DNA from: Mytilus californianus
Lineage: Eukaryota
DNA: 64,000 nucleotides
Reading direction: 5' to 3'
Assembly: GCF_021869535.1 (NCBI RefSeq)
Contig: NW_026262690.1
Span: 43,090,001-43,154,000 of the forward strand
Of this stretch, positions 50,200 to 63,396 are shown one piece after another. Below the pieces are notes generated by a model, which had not been told where the DNA came from, did not search any database, and saw nothing but the letters and a program-made list of their open reading frames with translations. Position 1 is the stretch's first letter; each line of letters begins with the position of its first letter. The translations under genes and the position numbers were made by a program.

Positions 50200-50650
50200 G
50201 GGATCATTATTATTCTGTCAGCTGTGATGTTTCTGCGTCTGTAGTTATTAACTTATTACCGTAAAAATGCGGATTTTTATCATAGCTGGTCCGCTTCCGA
50301 TCCGTAATTAGTACAAATATATCAATGGCGGTCGAAGAAAAATTTACGAAAATAAACAATGTTTGGGAAGCGAATTGGATGAATATATCACGATTTTACT
50401 GTAATAAATAGATGAAACATTACCTAAAGGCAATTTTCATCACGTTCTAATGAAGTATAGAACTTATTTTGCCCAGAATCGAAATGTTTTATGTACGCTC
50501 TCGAGTACCATGAGTACCGGAATGGAAAGAAAACACTTCTTTACAAGTTGTTAGTTTGAAATAACAAACGACCAGCCTGTTAAGTTCGCTCGTTTTTTTT
50601 TTTCTTCTCTTAGGAGACGAATTTGCCTTGATTCAAACGTAGATTTCGAA
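50200..50650. promoter_or_regulatory. CpG-enriched promoter-like segment, gene unassigned
   Basis: ETS-like cggaag (minus strand, about 50294-50299), YY1-like aatggcgg (about 50324), CpG excess relative to the flanks. Confidence 0.3.
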
Positions 50651-50879
50651 TTGTTTATGATTTTCTCAATGTCAAAATTTTGCAATTGGTCCACGTGTTA
50701 TCAGTCATGTCATAAGTGTCAGCTTGGGGTATTCGTATCCAAACAGTTATCACCCAAAGGACAATTAACACCTATTTAATCAATTTAATTGCCTCTTATG
50801 TCCGATTTGAAGGGATTACAATTAAAGGTGATATAATTTTTATGATCACAAGCGGCAATTCGATGAAAGTTCGAAATTT

Positions 50880-51029
50880 AGGACATCGATATTGCGGCAA
50901 TTTAAGAGCAGACAAGAAATAATAGCGTCCTCAAAATAATTATAGCGTCGCGGAAATTATTATAGCGTCACGGTAAAAAATTATAGCATCGCGGGGCCAC
51001 GACGCTAAAACGGCCTGGGGAGATCACTG
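50880..51029 (-). mobile_element. Isolated hAT-like terminus with subterminal repeats
   Basis: Minus strand begins CAGTGATCTCCC, followed by 4-5 tatagcgtc repeats about 22 bp apart; partner end not found. Confidence 0.45.
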
Positions 51030-54000
51030 CTGTCTGAAACAGATTTTAAAAGGGAATTTCTATCAATACCTGTTTTAACAAGTTTGTGACATAAGCATAT
51101 CTTGTTTTAAGTTGATTTGGTTTTGGCAGACCAATTAGCACATTTTTTTAATGCTTCCAAATATGCATTGTTTCTTAAAAGAAACATGTTTTCGAATGAA
51201 TATTCTCTACATATTGGTATTTTAGACATAAAAGATCTACATAAAATAAATCTATCAGCACTATTAGTAATATGACATGTAATATATAAACTAAAATAAT
51301 TATGTACAAAATTTAACAATAAGTTTGATTAGTTAAGTAGAAAAACAACAAACCATAATACATATACCTAATACATCATTCCAGTCATGTCACATTGAGC
51401 AAATTAGAAAATGGTTTCTGACATTTTTAATTATTGTTCTTGCTGTTTTAAATGTGCAAAAATATAATAACTTACTAAGTAATTGAAGTCTAATTTTATT
51501 AGACAAATTAAAATGCTTTCTAACTATACCAAGGGTACAGAAACAGTCATATTTGCAAGACATGACCTTTACTGAAAGACCAATGTCCTATTTCTTTACA
51601 GAAATAATCTTGGTCATTTCATTGAGATCAGGTCGCCAATTTTTATAGTTACTATACCTGTGTGAACAGCAGAAATAGGGAACTTATTTGTTCAATTAAT
51701 ATAATAGTTAAAGAAATCAATGGTTTAATGTGACTAATGTATAAAAGAAATCAACTACAGTTAACTAATCAATATAACCTTGTGGAGGAACAGATAACTA
51801 GCAAGTTCACAACTCCAAATTCCTGTTTTGTAAAAAGGATTAGAAGAAGCAGACATTTTGTGATAATCTTTCTTTCTAAAGTATCAGTAATGTTAATGTA
51901 AAAGCTAAGCCTCTATACCCAAGTTAAGTCCAGATAACATTATGAATCATGTAGCTTCGTCCTCATATTAATTACAAACATAATGTAAAGAGATAAATTG
52001 ACCGACAGGAAAATCAAACTTGCAGGGAATAAAATCACTGGTATCCTTTTTTCAAAACCAAAGAGTGAAAACTTATTGATTTCATGTACAGTATTGCCAA
52101 CATCAATCTATAAGATTTGACTACACATATAAAATTCATTAAGTGTGACTGCACATATATGTAAAGATACATAAGAATCACTTAACATATCTAACAATTT
52201 ACACAGTAATTACTGAACAAATGTACTTCAAAACTGATTGTCATATTTGTTATCACAAGAATGCCAAGTAATGTAAGTTAAAATGAGATAGAAAACCTTA
52301 AAATGTAAGTTAATGGACAACTTCTTAAATGATGCTTCAACATTGGCAAATACTATGTGTAATGGTATATTTACCTCCCTTGGCTGAACTGGTATTTTAC
52401 ATAAATAATCAATAAATCTTCCAATAGATTGTACATTTCAGTATATGATTAGGGTGTATCAAATAATGTGATAACTGTCATTGAATAAGACTTAAAGCCT
52501 GATATAGGTTCAATTTTCTTTAACAACATTCATACCAAAATTACAGTGTTCTCATCAGCCCTTTAAAGCAATGTGGTACTACAGTACTTTCCAGATGACC
52601 TCAGTGGTCTTTTGTTCATCTACAGCATTAGAGATTCAGTTAAGATATTTCCCTGTAATTTATATTACCCAGTCATAACATTAATAAATAATTTGCATTA
52701 GGTACAACACAACGTGCATACACTGAAATGGCTTGCCTACTTTACTTATAATGGTTGAATTTTAGGTTGAATGAAAAGATCAATGATATGCCTTGATAAA
52801 AAAGTGTACTATCTGAGTTCTATCAGAAGTGAATGCAGACTCTACTATTAAGTTTTACAGAAAAAGATAAATATAATTCCTTAGAATAATGTGGCCCAGC
52901 CCACCCTTATTGAGCTTTGTATATAGTTAATGTATAGACTTTTTACAAGTCCCACTCTTTAACTTTTTCTTTCTAATGGGACCCCCTTTCTAAAAATCCT
53001 GGGTCTGCACCTGTTATGCATGTAATTATACCACTGGTATGGAACAAAATTATGTTAGACTTCAATGTTCTAACTAGAATTTAAAGGCTGAGGGCCACAT
53101 TTTCAGATGAAGTGCATTTTTTGAACAGATTCTTGTTTGAAAAGGAATGCCTTTATCATGTTTGTAGAAAAAAAAGAGAAATAATTGAAAAAGTTTTTTA
53201 ATGGATTCATAATTATTTGTGTGTTATAAAACACTTTTTCCAGTTTAAACGATTCCCTTGCATTGAAAAGTATTTATTTTCCTTTGAAAAACAAAAAATG
53301 AATAGGGCAGAGGGGAGAACAAAAGGGAAGAGGGGACCTCACCTCTTCCTCTCTATTTTGAACTAGCTATGATACTGTACTTTATCAATTTGATTTCAAA
53401 ATTCATCTATACAACACAGCACAAACATGTCAGGGTGATAACAAGCAGTAGGAAGTTTCACTACAATGCTATCCAAAATCTGAAGAGAACACTGCAATAT
53501 TTTTGATCGTACTCTTAATATAAGATAAACACCAAAAATACTCACCATACAAGAAAAAAAAATATCTCTAACATAAATATACTTTGTATCGTTAAATGAT
53601 ACAAATATTTTACTAACTGTTAATAAATATGTTTTTTGAGGATTCTTACAATAATTTTAGTACATTCAGCTAAACCTGAGATTCCTGAAACAGCTATTTT
53701 ACTTTTCCAGTTTAGAAATTAAGAAACAGTAGTCCCCTCTTGTAATGCCCCTTTTGTGTGCAAATACTCTGCTTAATATGACATTATAATATTACTGAAG
53801 AGAAGTTTATAATGCAAACCCTCATTCCCCTTGTCAGGAGCTGATAATTTCCTTCAGAAATAGGGGCTACTGTATCCAAATTTTAGAACTGTACTGTATT
53901 ATGTAAAATACAATTCATTTAAAAAAGAATCAATTTGTATATGTTCAACCCTAAGATTTAAAAAGCACAGCAGTCTATATTAACCTGGTTTTGTATCATG

Positions 54001-54035
54001 ACAGAAGGAATAAAAATATAATGAACACAGATAGG

Positions 54036-54188
54036 TCAGATGTACATGGTTCCTGGATGACTAGTTCCATCACCAATGTCCAATTCAAATTCATCCTGAA
54101 GGTGAACCTGACTAACAGATGCTGTTGCCATAGCAATATCAGGCATGGTTTCACTTAAGACACTTTCATGACATGGGTTAATATCAGG
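54036..54188 (-). CDS. BTBD7: BTBD7 last coding exon (PDINPCHESVLSETMPDIAM...GTMYI-stop)
   Basis: tttcag acceptor, in frame with the previous exon, TGA at 54038-54036. Confidence 0.82.
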   Translation of the reverse strand, partial: PDINPCHESVLSETMPDIAMATASVSQVHLQDEFELDIGDGTSHPGTMYI

Positions 54189-57100
54189 CTGAAAATAAAA
54201 AAAAACATATGGTTGTTAATCTAATTCATAATTTCTTTTAATATTTATTGCAATGATGCCCTACCTTAGCCCATATTGAAGGTCAAGGAATCCTCCTCGA
54301 GTCACAATGTGAGATATTTGGGCTTTATTGATATTATTACTTTGTCAGATTAACTTGCTATTTTTTCTTTGAGAATATCATTTTGTTTTTTATATTGTTG
54401 TTTTATTTCATTTGTGATTATCTGTACCCCTACATCTTTATAGATTATGGTTATCTTTCATACAGTAGATATTTTCTGTGTCCATTTTTTTGTCTTTATT
54501 TTTGCCATTATCTTTCTGCTTTCTATATTGTCTATGTAAGGCTTTTGTTACAGTTAACAATTCATTTCATTTTGTGCTATCATTAAATTATCTGTGCAAA
54601 ATAAAACTACAAATTAAAGTATTCTGCATAGAAAAATGAAAGCTGAATAAGAGTTTAAAATAATGCAACAAGATATCGACATTAATGCATGGAAGCTACA
54701 CAAATGAAAATATCCCTGGTCTTAACTATATGACAAAAACAAATATAAAATTCTGTTTTCTGTCATTACCTGTTTAAGGGACCTTGTAGGTGATACCATC
54801 TGTATAGGTTTTGTAGGACTACCATGTCTACTCCTTCTGCTCAGTGGTGGGCTTTGTCTCCTTTTTATCGGCAACAATGGATTAGTTCTAACAGGTGTTG
54901 GTGGCTGAGGATGATGATGATTTCTTACATTGTTTGAATGGTAAAAATGACTATTTTGTAATATTTCAATAGTACTATCGGGGAGTCCAAATTCTCTCAC
55001 TATACGTAACTGTATTTGATAATTCACAACACGACGGTCACAGTAAGGTAGAGATAATGCTCTTATAGTCAATTTACTCTCTTGGAATTCTTTTTCTCTC
55101 TTTATCATCATTTTCATTGTTGTCTGATCAGGCACTGTGATAGAAAACAAATAATTAAGACTTATAACTGTAATTCAAAGCCAAAAATATTTAGCACTGC
55201 TTTGTTTGATTTCAATGTGATACATAAAATACTGGGTACTTAACATAATTGTGGAAAAATTGTTTACTGTATAATTTTATATCTTAGATGATATCCTCAT
55301 GATCCTGTGTAAAAAGTTTTTTCTTATCTTAAACAATAATCATTTTTTATTTGACCTCCAATTAATGTACTGTAAGGTAAAATAAGATAGCAGTTGTCAA
55401 TAAAATGCTCCGCAGGGCGCAGCTTGATACGACCGCAGAGGTCGAACCCTGAACAGTTGGGGCAAGTATGGACACAACATTCAAGCTTGATACAGTTTGC
55501 ATTTGGATTGTGATTAAATATTTGACACAGCATAGATTTCTGACACAAAATGAATGTGGTCTAAGAACTTAAAAATTTTAAATTGGACATTCACCTATTA
55601 TGGTCCAATATCCAAAATCTAAATACATGGTTAGATTCAGCATATCAAAGAACCCCAAGAATTCAATTTTTGATGAAATCAAACAAAGTTTAATTTTGGA
55701 CCCTTTTGACCTCAATGTGGACAAAGTTGATAATGGGGCCCAAAAATCAAAAATCTAAATACATGGTTAGATTCAGCATATCAAAGAACCCCATATATTC
55801 AATTTTTGTTAAAATCAAACAAAGTTTAATTTTGGACCCCGATTTGGACCAACTTGAAAACTGGGCCCATAATCAAAAATCTAAATACATGTTTAGATTC
55901 AGCATATCAAAGAACCCTAAGAATTAATGTAGACCAATTTGAAAACGGAACCAAAAATTAAGAATCTAAATACTCGGTTAGATTCGGCATATCAAAGAAC
56001 CCCAATAATTCAATTTTTGATGAAATCAAACAAAGTTTAATTTTGGACCCTTTGGACCTCAATGTGGACCAATTTAAATATGGGGCCCAAAATCCAAAAA
56101 CTAAATACACGGTTAGATTCAGCATATTAAAGAACCCCAAGAATTCAAGAATAAAACCCCATTGAAATTGGTCATGAAATAAGCAATTTATACGAAGTAT
56201 CTTCTTTTGCACAATACTGTGCAATTAAATATTTCTTGCTATTGTGCAATACTGTGCAATTGAAAATTTCTTGCTATTGCACAATACTTATTATATAATA
56301 ATTTACACATCCTGTTTGGTGTGTATCTCCTACCATATCATTATTATTTGCTTTAAAATATAAATCAGAAATAACCAACTTAAAATGGAAAATTTTAAAA
56401 GAAAAAAAAAAGGAAAAAAAGAAAAAAAAGGTAAAAAAAAAAAATCCCCCCCCAAATTTTTTGAACCCCCTTATGATTCATCACCCCCAAATTCAATCCC
56501 AGCCTTCCCTTTGTGGTATGGTACCTTGCAGTACAATTTCAGAGAGATCCATACACTTGAACACAAGTTATTGTCTGGAAACTAGAAAAATGTGTTTTTT
56601 GGCCCCTTTTTGGCCCCAAATTCCTAAATGTTTAGGGCAATTACCCCCAAACTCAATTCCAGCTTTCCCTTTGTGATATGGAACCTTGTAGTACAATTTC
56701 AGAAAGATCCATACACTTACACACAAGTTATTGTCCTGAAACTAGAAAAATGCTTATTTTTGGCCCCTTTTTGGCCCCTTATTCCTAAAATATTGAGGCA
56801 ATTACCCCCATCATCAATCCCAGCCTTCCCTTTGTGGTATGGAACCTTGTAGTACAATTTCAGAAAGATCCATACACTAATACACAAATTATTGTCATGA
56901 AACTAGAAAAATGCTTGTTTTTTGCCCCTTTTTTGGCCCCTAATTCCTAAAATTTTGAGGCAATTACCCCCAAAATCAATCCCAGCATTCCTTTTGTGAT
57001 CTGGAACCTTGTGGTACAATGTCAGAGAGATCCATACACTAACACACAAGTTATGTCTGGAAGTTACAAAAATGCTTATTTTTGGCCCCTTTTTGGCCCC

Positions 57101-60100
57101 TAATTCCTTAACTGTTGGTACCATAACCCCCAAAATCAATCCCAACCTTCCTTTTGTGGTATTGAACCTTGTGGTAAAATTTCATAGAGATCCATTCACT
57201 TAAACTTAAGTTAGAGTGCGAAAACCAATGTGTCTTCGGACGACGACGACGACGCCAACGTCATACCAATATACGACCACAAAAATTTTTATGCGGTCGT
57301 ATAAAAATCTGTTATGAATACACTTTATATTTGAAGATTTAAAAAAATTCATCAGTCCAAACTATTTGATTTGAAAGTTATGCAATGAAAAGGGTAGACC
57401 ACTAAAAACATGAATGTCATCTACTTTGATTACAAGCAAATTTGGCAAGTCAAATTGGAAAGTCGAAAGAACCTGGCAAAACTCTTGGATTATATGAGGT
57501 TTAGTCAACCAAATTGGAAAATTGCATCATATAAAATTAAGGAGATGTGGTATGATTGCCAATCAAACAGCTATACACCAGAGACCAAAGAACAAGGATG
57601 TTTTCTTGTTTCTATAGTATACTGTATTGTCAGACTGATATTTAAATGTAAAAAACATGTTTTTACCCAATGCATCTGCATCCATTAAATTGAAAAATCC
57701 ATTATTTAATAAATAAGTATGACTGACAAAACAGTACATTAAAGTTTAGAAAGACAACTCAATATAAATTATGTAAGTGGTTGCGACTGAAACAACTCCT
57801 AGGAGATGTAGGAATTTCTTTTTTAGCTGCTATCTAGTTCAGTCTGCATCCTTTACAATAATTTTGAGTGATTAATTTAAATTCTAATGGTTTTTTCATC
57901 TTAATCAATACTCTTGGGTTTTAATTCATTCCTTTAGTATCCAAGGTAAAATGTGTATGACATGCATAATTTTTTCCCAATGATCAGTCATCAAGGTACA
58001 ACAAACAAACAAGCCACTCTCATCGTTGAAACAAATTCATTTAAAGGTTATTACTTAAGCAAATGCATTTGAATGCACATTATAAAATCAACCAATTTGA
58101 ATATTTGAGCTTACAATGATCCATATTCTTAGATTTAGCTCAATTACATATATTTTGAATCAATAGAAACCATGTGGTTACACAATAACAACATACATCA
58201 CTCTTAACAACATAACAACATCATGCTTAATGCCAAACTTCTAATTAAATTAATGCAGTTAATAAATAATTTTGTAATAAAAAAAAATATCCAATCTATA
58301 GTTGTGACATTTAAAACAAATATTATTATGCCAATCAAATTGTACACTGACTGAAAAATAAAAGAACAAATAAATAACAAAAAAATTGATAGGTGTGGCT
58401 ATAAATAGACTTTTCTTTCCATTACAGGAACCAGGAGAGCAACAGATGAAAGTTCACGAATATGATAAGTTTTAAATCATTGTGATATATAGCTGCTTGG
58501 CAGTGATAACAAATTCCAATATGACATATAGAGGTTCTTTTGAACAGATATTATTATTCAGGAATCTGGTGAATGATAGACGTGAAATGTATCAAAATGT
58601 GTTACACTTTACATCTCACCAATATAATGAATAAAATGCTAAATTTTCAAATCATGGTGATGCATAGTTACAGAGAATGTACAGAAGAAAAAGTGACAGG
58701 GTGGTTGATTGAGATAGGGAAACTTGTATATCCCCTTCTTTCAGAGTACAAGTATAACAAGAGAACTATAACTTATTCTAGCTTGAAGAGTGTGTTCTTG
58801 GGTTCTCACGGTGACCTACCAGGAATAGTACCAGCAACAATATCAACAGTAGAACTCCCTGAACTGAACGGTATATAGGACTGTAGTCTGTCTTCTACCA
58901 TATACAGTGTGTCTGGTATAGAAGACATTTGTATAGTCCGTACACGACCTGAGTCTTGATCCTGATCCTGTGACATCTGTTCTTCTAATACCGCCTATCA
59001 ACGAAAAAAGTCATTATATAAAACATTTTGCTTTCACCATAAAGAATGGTATTATCAGTAGATTTTGATAATCTGTATTTGCTGAGTAAATGTTGTATGT
59101 CTGAATTTGTTATTAACAACATCAACTTAAGACTTTGACGTCTTCAATTTTTCAATAAAGGCAAAGCTGTTAAACTGTAAAATAACAACCTAATATTGTT
59201 GTATCTCTAAAGCCAAATTGGACTCCTTCTGAAATCATTTGCCCCCATAAAACATACACTTTTCAACAATTCAATTATATCTCCCTTATCAGCAAACATT
59301 GCAAACGAATGTATATGAGAACAATCTCATGAAAATACTATATTGACATACCAAATATAATATATATTCATGGTTTCTTCATCTTCAAAGTTCCTGAATG
59401 TGTTGTTAACATTTATCTGAACAGTTTAATTAACTTACTTTCATATATTTTTTTTAGAAAGAGACACTGTGCAGGCAAAAGGTTGAATACTTCATTGTAT
59501 GTGAAAAGTGAATTTTAAATGACAATTAAATTTGTAGAATTTGTTCCAGATTTTTTTCTACGCTTCAAATGTAAAGGTGTAAATCTTTTACTTTTGTGCA
59601 ACCCAGGCGGAAATTCTGCTTTTTTTCTCAGGGCTTTATTTGTTGTTCAACTTTTTTTGTTGCAGGTGAGAGTTCATTGATAATATACCTTTGATTCTTC
59701 AAAATATGGAGTAAATAGTCTGGGTCGTGTAAACGTTCCATGACATTTGGTGCGTATCCATGTTGAAACAGGTAAACTTTGACAAGTTTCGTCTCCCATC
59801 ATATGTAATGGTGGAGAGCTTATAAGTCCTCTTTTTATTGCACTATTTAATGTTTCATTATTATAAGGTATCACATGATCTATTCTGACCAATGAAATTA
59901 TATCACATAAAATGTCTCGCAATTCATTGTCATTTAAATCTCTCTTCTTCACTCCTTTCTTACTGATACTGTGTGCTGTATGGCTGAGTATATTTGGCTC
60001 TGAAATTAAAAGTGATTAAATGACTGTAAATTGTTTGAAAAAACAAGTGTTTGTGAAATAATTTCATTTTCTTATTTTAAGCTGCAAGATATTGAAATTT

Positions 60101-63100
60101 AAAATGTCTTTCTATCATTATATAAAATTCCTATTGATATATACACTGTGTATGTCAAATTTAAAACAGCAAATTTAAGAACCTAAAATATCCAATCCTT
60201 AGATTGTAATAAACAACTGTGACATGATCACATGATACAACCATCCCTTATCTCAAACATTGAAGTGCTAAATTCTAGAACAACAAATCGGGAAGCATTC
60301 AAATAAAATTTGAATAAAAAGGTAGCATTTACTAGTTGCCTATTTGTTAAATTCTCAAAGTGGTTTTCAAGTATGTCAACCCCTATGAAAGAGGATTTGA
60401 CAACAGTCAACTATCACTAATTTCTCCTCAACTCTATGTACTAATTATCAAATAAAGAAGTATTTTTATCCAGAGAGTTTTTGTATATAGTAACAGTAAC
60501 CATATTGGCTAAGCTGATGGCTCTTCACCTAACTTTTAAAAGGGTCAAGGCCTAAAATAAAATATTGTTTGTTTCCCCAATCACGACTGACCTTGAAAAA
60601 TCGCCGCGAACGGAATAATTTTATTGCCGATTTTGTGTAGAAATTTTTTTTTATCGAAATTCATGTGGTGGTGCGGTGCTCCTATGAAATGGAGGAGTCA
60701 AATACATAAGACAATAGAAGAAGACGCTGTTCTTCAAAGCGCCTTTGTAATCAGCCTAGTTGAAAACGCCTTGATGACGCGACTTGGCTTTCTTCTTGCA
60801 CGTGGTCTCGGGTCTTTACGATATTCTCTAGATTGTTCATACATTTAAATGTCAGAACATGGACGCCGTTCTGTCGGTTTCTGTTGCCGTTTATTCGGCA
60901 GGAAACTTTAAGAAAGACTACAGGTAGGTAACCAATATGTCGCGCAGATTTTCTAAGAAGGAAATATTTGAAGACATATGTGAGGACGTGATAGCCGATT
61001 TAGAATTGACTGAAGAGGAGGAGGATGCTCTTGACAAAAAACACATCCGTGTATCCATTTCTGAAAAAAAGTGGTTCTACAGTAATATTTAGTCCACACT
61101 ACGGTGATGACATGAAACTGGCACTAGACTTTAATAAAGACTTTAAGTTTTTGAAATTTTGCATTGACATTGATCGGACCTCTACAGAAAAGAAGCTTCC
61201 TCCTCAAATATTGTCAATACCTTTGACAAAATGATGGGAGCCAGTCAAGCTGTCAACAAACTTCCTAAGCGAAAAGCAGAAGCTATTAACAAGTTTACAG
61301 GTATGCATAATAAGTGACCGTCCCAACATCTATTTCTTGCAAGCAAAGGTAGATTTTTTTAGGATAAGGAGAGTCTCCCCACCTTTGTTTGCATTCTTTT
61401 TCTTGTTTTCTTGCAAATTTTCAAACCCTTAACCTAAATTCCCTAATGATTTCCTTATGCCCTTACTAATTTGACCCGAGGCCTGAAAGCAATTGATTTA
61501 AATTAATCATTTGGTCCCTAATAAAAGCAGACCACTCCACACTAGTCTCGTAAAAGCAGACAGCCCATACTTCTCTAAAAAGAAGGCTGCCACAATGGTA
61601 GTGTGCTCGCCTCGAGTACGGTGGCTTCTATCCCTGACGGAGTCACTGAACCAAAGGCTTTAAAATTGGTATTTGCTGCTTTTCCGCGAGGCATGCAGTA
61701 CTAGAGTTAGAGCAAAGACTGGTTTGCCCGGAATCAGAATAATGTGTCCGAGTAGGGTGACACGTCTTCCTGCAGACTGTTATCTTCAATGTGTGATTGC
61801 ACGTTAAAGATCTGGCTCAGCGTGTCTGACTAGTAAAAAGCAGGCTTCCTTCCATGGTCATTTCACACATACACTTCATGTCCAAGCTAACCAAGTACGA
61901 CTACTGCTGTGGATCTGTTATCACACCTGAAGGTTTGCTTTTATAGTATTCCCAAAAGATTTTCTTATCACTTTTAATACATAATAACATGGTCTTGCAT
62001 AGCATGATTTTGTGAACCAACATTAAATGAAAGTTCCACATTTAACATACAATAAAATGTTCATACATTCTCAGTTGATTGTATTTTATATGCATGTTCC
62101 ATTGAGTTATTCAGTGTTTGATATGCTTTCAATGTTTAAATCCTTCTTTCCGTGGAAAATTGCATACTTCAATGAACGGTATAAACTTCATTCTAGTAGT
62201 ACACTCTCTGACATTGAACTTGGACAGATTTCTGACAGATTATACTGCTTAATATAATAAACAGAAGGCTCAGTATTTTAGACATTTTATTCATTGAAAA
62301 TTACCAATATATATATATACAAAGTACTCTAGGATATTATTTTTTATTTATTAAAGATCTCTGTTGTTCTTTATTTCAGGTGATGCTCTTGAAGGCGTGG
62401 TGAATGTGCACCTACAGATAGACTGTAATACACATGTGGAATATCCGTATTATGACTCTACCCTGGCACAGCCCGATATCTGTGCCTTCTGTGTAGCTGT
62501 GGGGGCAACAAGGGACCAAGATGCCATTAAATCATATCGTATTGTTCTACCAGTTTGCAGAGACTGTGTCATTATTGGAAAATTACCACCCAAGAGAAAC
62601 CCAATTAAATAAATTATTTCAAATTATACATAGAGTTTTATTTAATATATCTGACATGAGGAAACTGATAGCTTGATACACCCTAGAATTTAAAATACTG
62701 CCCTATAATGATGGTTTGTAATTTCCTATTTACAAGTACAAAAAAAACCAAATTTACCAAAAAAATAAAATAATTTACCTACCTACCTACCCACACCTGA
62801 CTTGAGAGGGTCAGGTTTAGGGAAAAAAACAATTATTTATTTTTGGCCCAATTGGCATGATTGGAGGACCAACTCACACAGTTTGAACCAAAAAAGCTTT
62901 ATCAATCATGTCAATATTGGTCTTACCTCTTCATTTTACTTACTACAATCAATTTGATCTGTTCAGACTAATTATCAAATAAAAAAGATGAGAAGTATTT
63001 CTATTCTGAGAATTTTCATATATAGTAAAAGTAACCATATTGGTTAAAGCTGAGGGTTCTTCACCGAACTTTTAAAAGGGTCAATTTGAGGACCAACTCA

Positions 63101-63396
63101 CACAGTTTGAACCAAACAGATTTATCAATATTGGTCTTACATCTTCTTTTTACTTACTTCAATTCATTTTATCTCATTAAAAGTTGTAAACTCTGCTCTG
63201 AGACAAGAACCTAAAAAATCAAATTCCTTAGATTGTAATTCTATTTAGTTCTTCCATCAGTTTTAGTTTTTCAGCCAATTTAAGGTTCCTGCACCTCCTT
63301 TATTGATTTGCTATACTAACCTCTCTCTTCAATCTTTTTAACCAGATGATGTTCACCCCATTTTAACACTGCTGATAAAATGTCCAGCTCTCCTGC
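54036..63396 (-). CDS. BTBD7: BTB/POZ domain-containing protein 7 orthologue, last five coding exons (5' part outside the window)
   Basis: Exons 63321-63396, 59689-59999, 58820-58994, 54770-55134 and 54036-54188 join in frame with GT-AG sites. Peptides KWGEH..EPN, KRGLISSPP, RPRLFTPY, PDTLYMV, QIQLRIVREFGL and MPDIA match BTBD7 as I recall it. Confidence 0.9.
54770..55134 (-). CDS. BTBD7: BTBD7 exon (PDQTTMKMM...REFGLPD...RSLKQ)
   Basis: Overlaps ORF 54722..55150; cacag acceptor, GTAATG donor. Confidence 0.9.
55399..57307 (-). mobile_element. HINE-like element, family A, in a BTBD7 intron
   Basis: Highly similar to 18235-20457, with different internal repeat counts. Confidence 0.85.
58820..58994 (-). 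CDS. BTBD7: BTBD7 exon (AVLEEQM...IPDTLYMV...GTIP)
   Basis: gatag acceptor, GTAGGT donor. Confidence 0.88.
59689..59999 (-). CDS. BTBD7: BTBD7 exon (PNILSHTAHSISKKGVKKRDL...PYFEESK)
   Basis: Overlaps ORF 59674..59952; AG/GT boundaries. Confidence 0.92.
61588..61870 (+). mobile_element. MetaSINE-like tRNA-derived SINE nested in the Zator-like element
   Basis: tRNA-like head followed by agagcaaagactggtttgcccggaatcagaataatgtgtccgag, resembling the Meta domain. Confidence 0.6.
62380..62612 (+). pseudogene. Cys-rich C-terminal exon of a putative transposase
   Basis: IDCNTHVEYPYY...DICAFC...VLPVCRDC...P..RNP-stop, preceded by a tttcag acceptor, inside the TIRs. Confidence 0.55.
63321..63396 (-). 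CDS. BTBD7: BTBD7 exon (AGELDILSAVLKWGEHHLVKKIEER), end of BACK-like region
   Basis: tttcag acceptor, GTTAGT donor, phase 1. Confidence 0.9.

Larger units (their letters stand above)
60549..62848 (+). mobile_element. Internally deleted DNA transposon, Zator-like, in a BTBD7 intron
   Basis: TIRs of about 28 bp beginning GGCC, CAA duplicated on both sides, and coding relics at 60937-61300 and 62380-62612. Confidence 0.7.
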
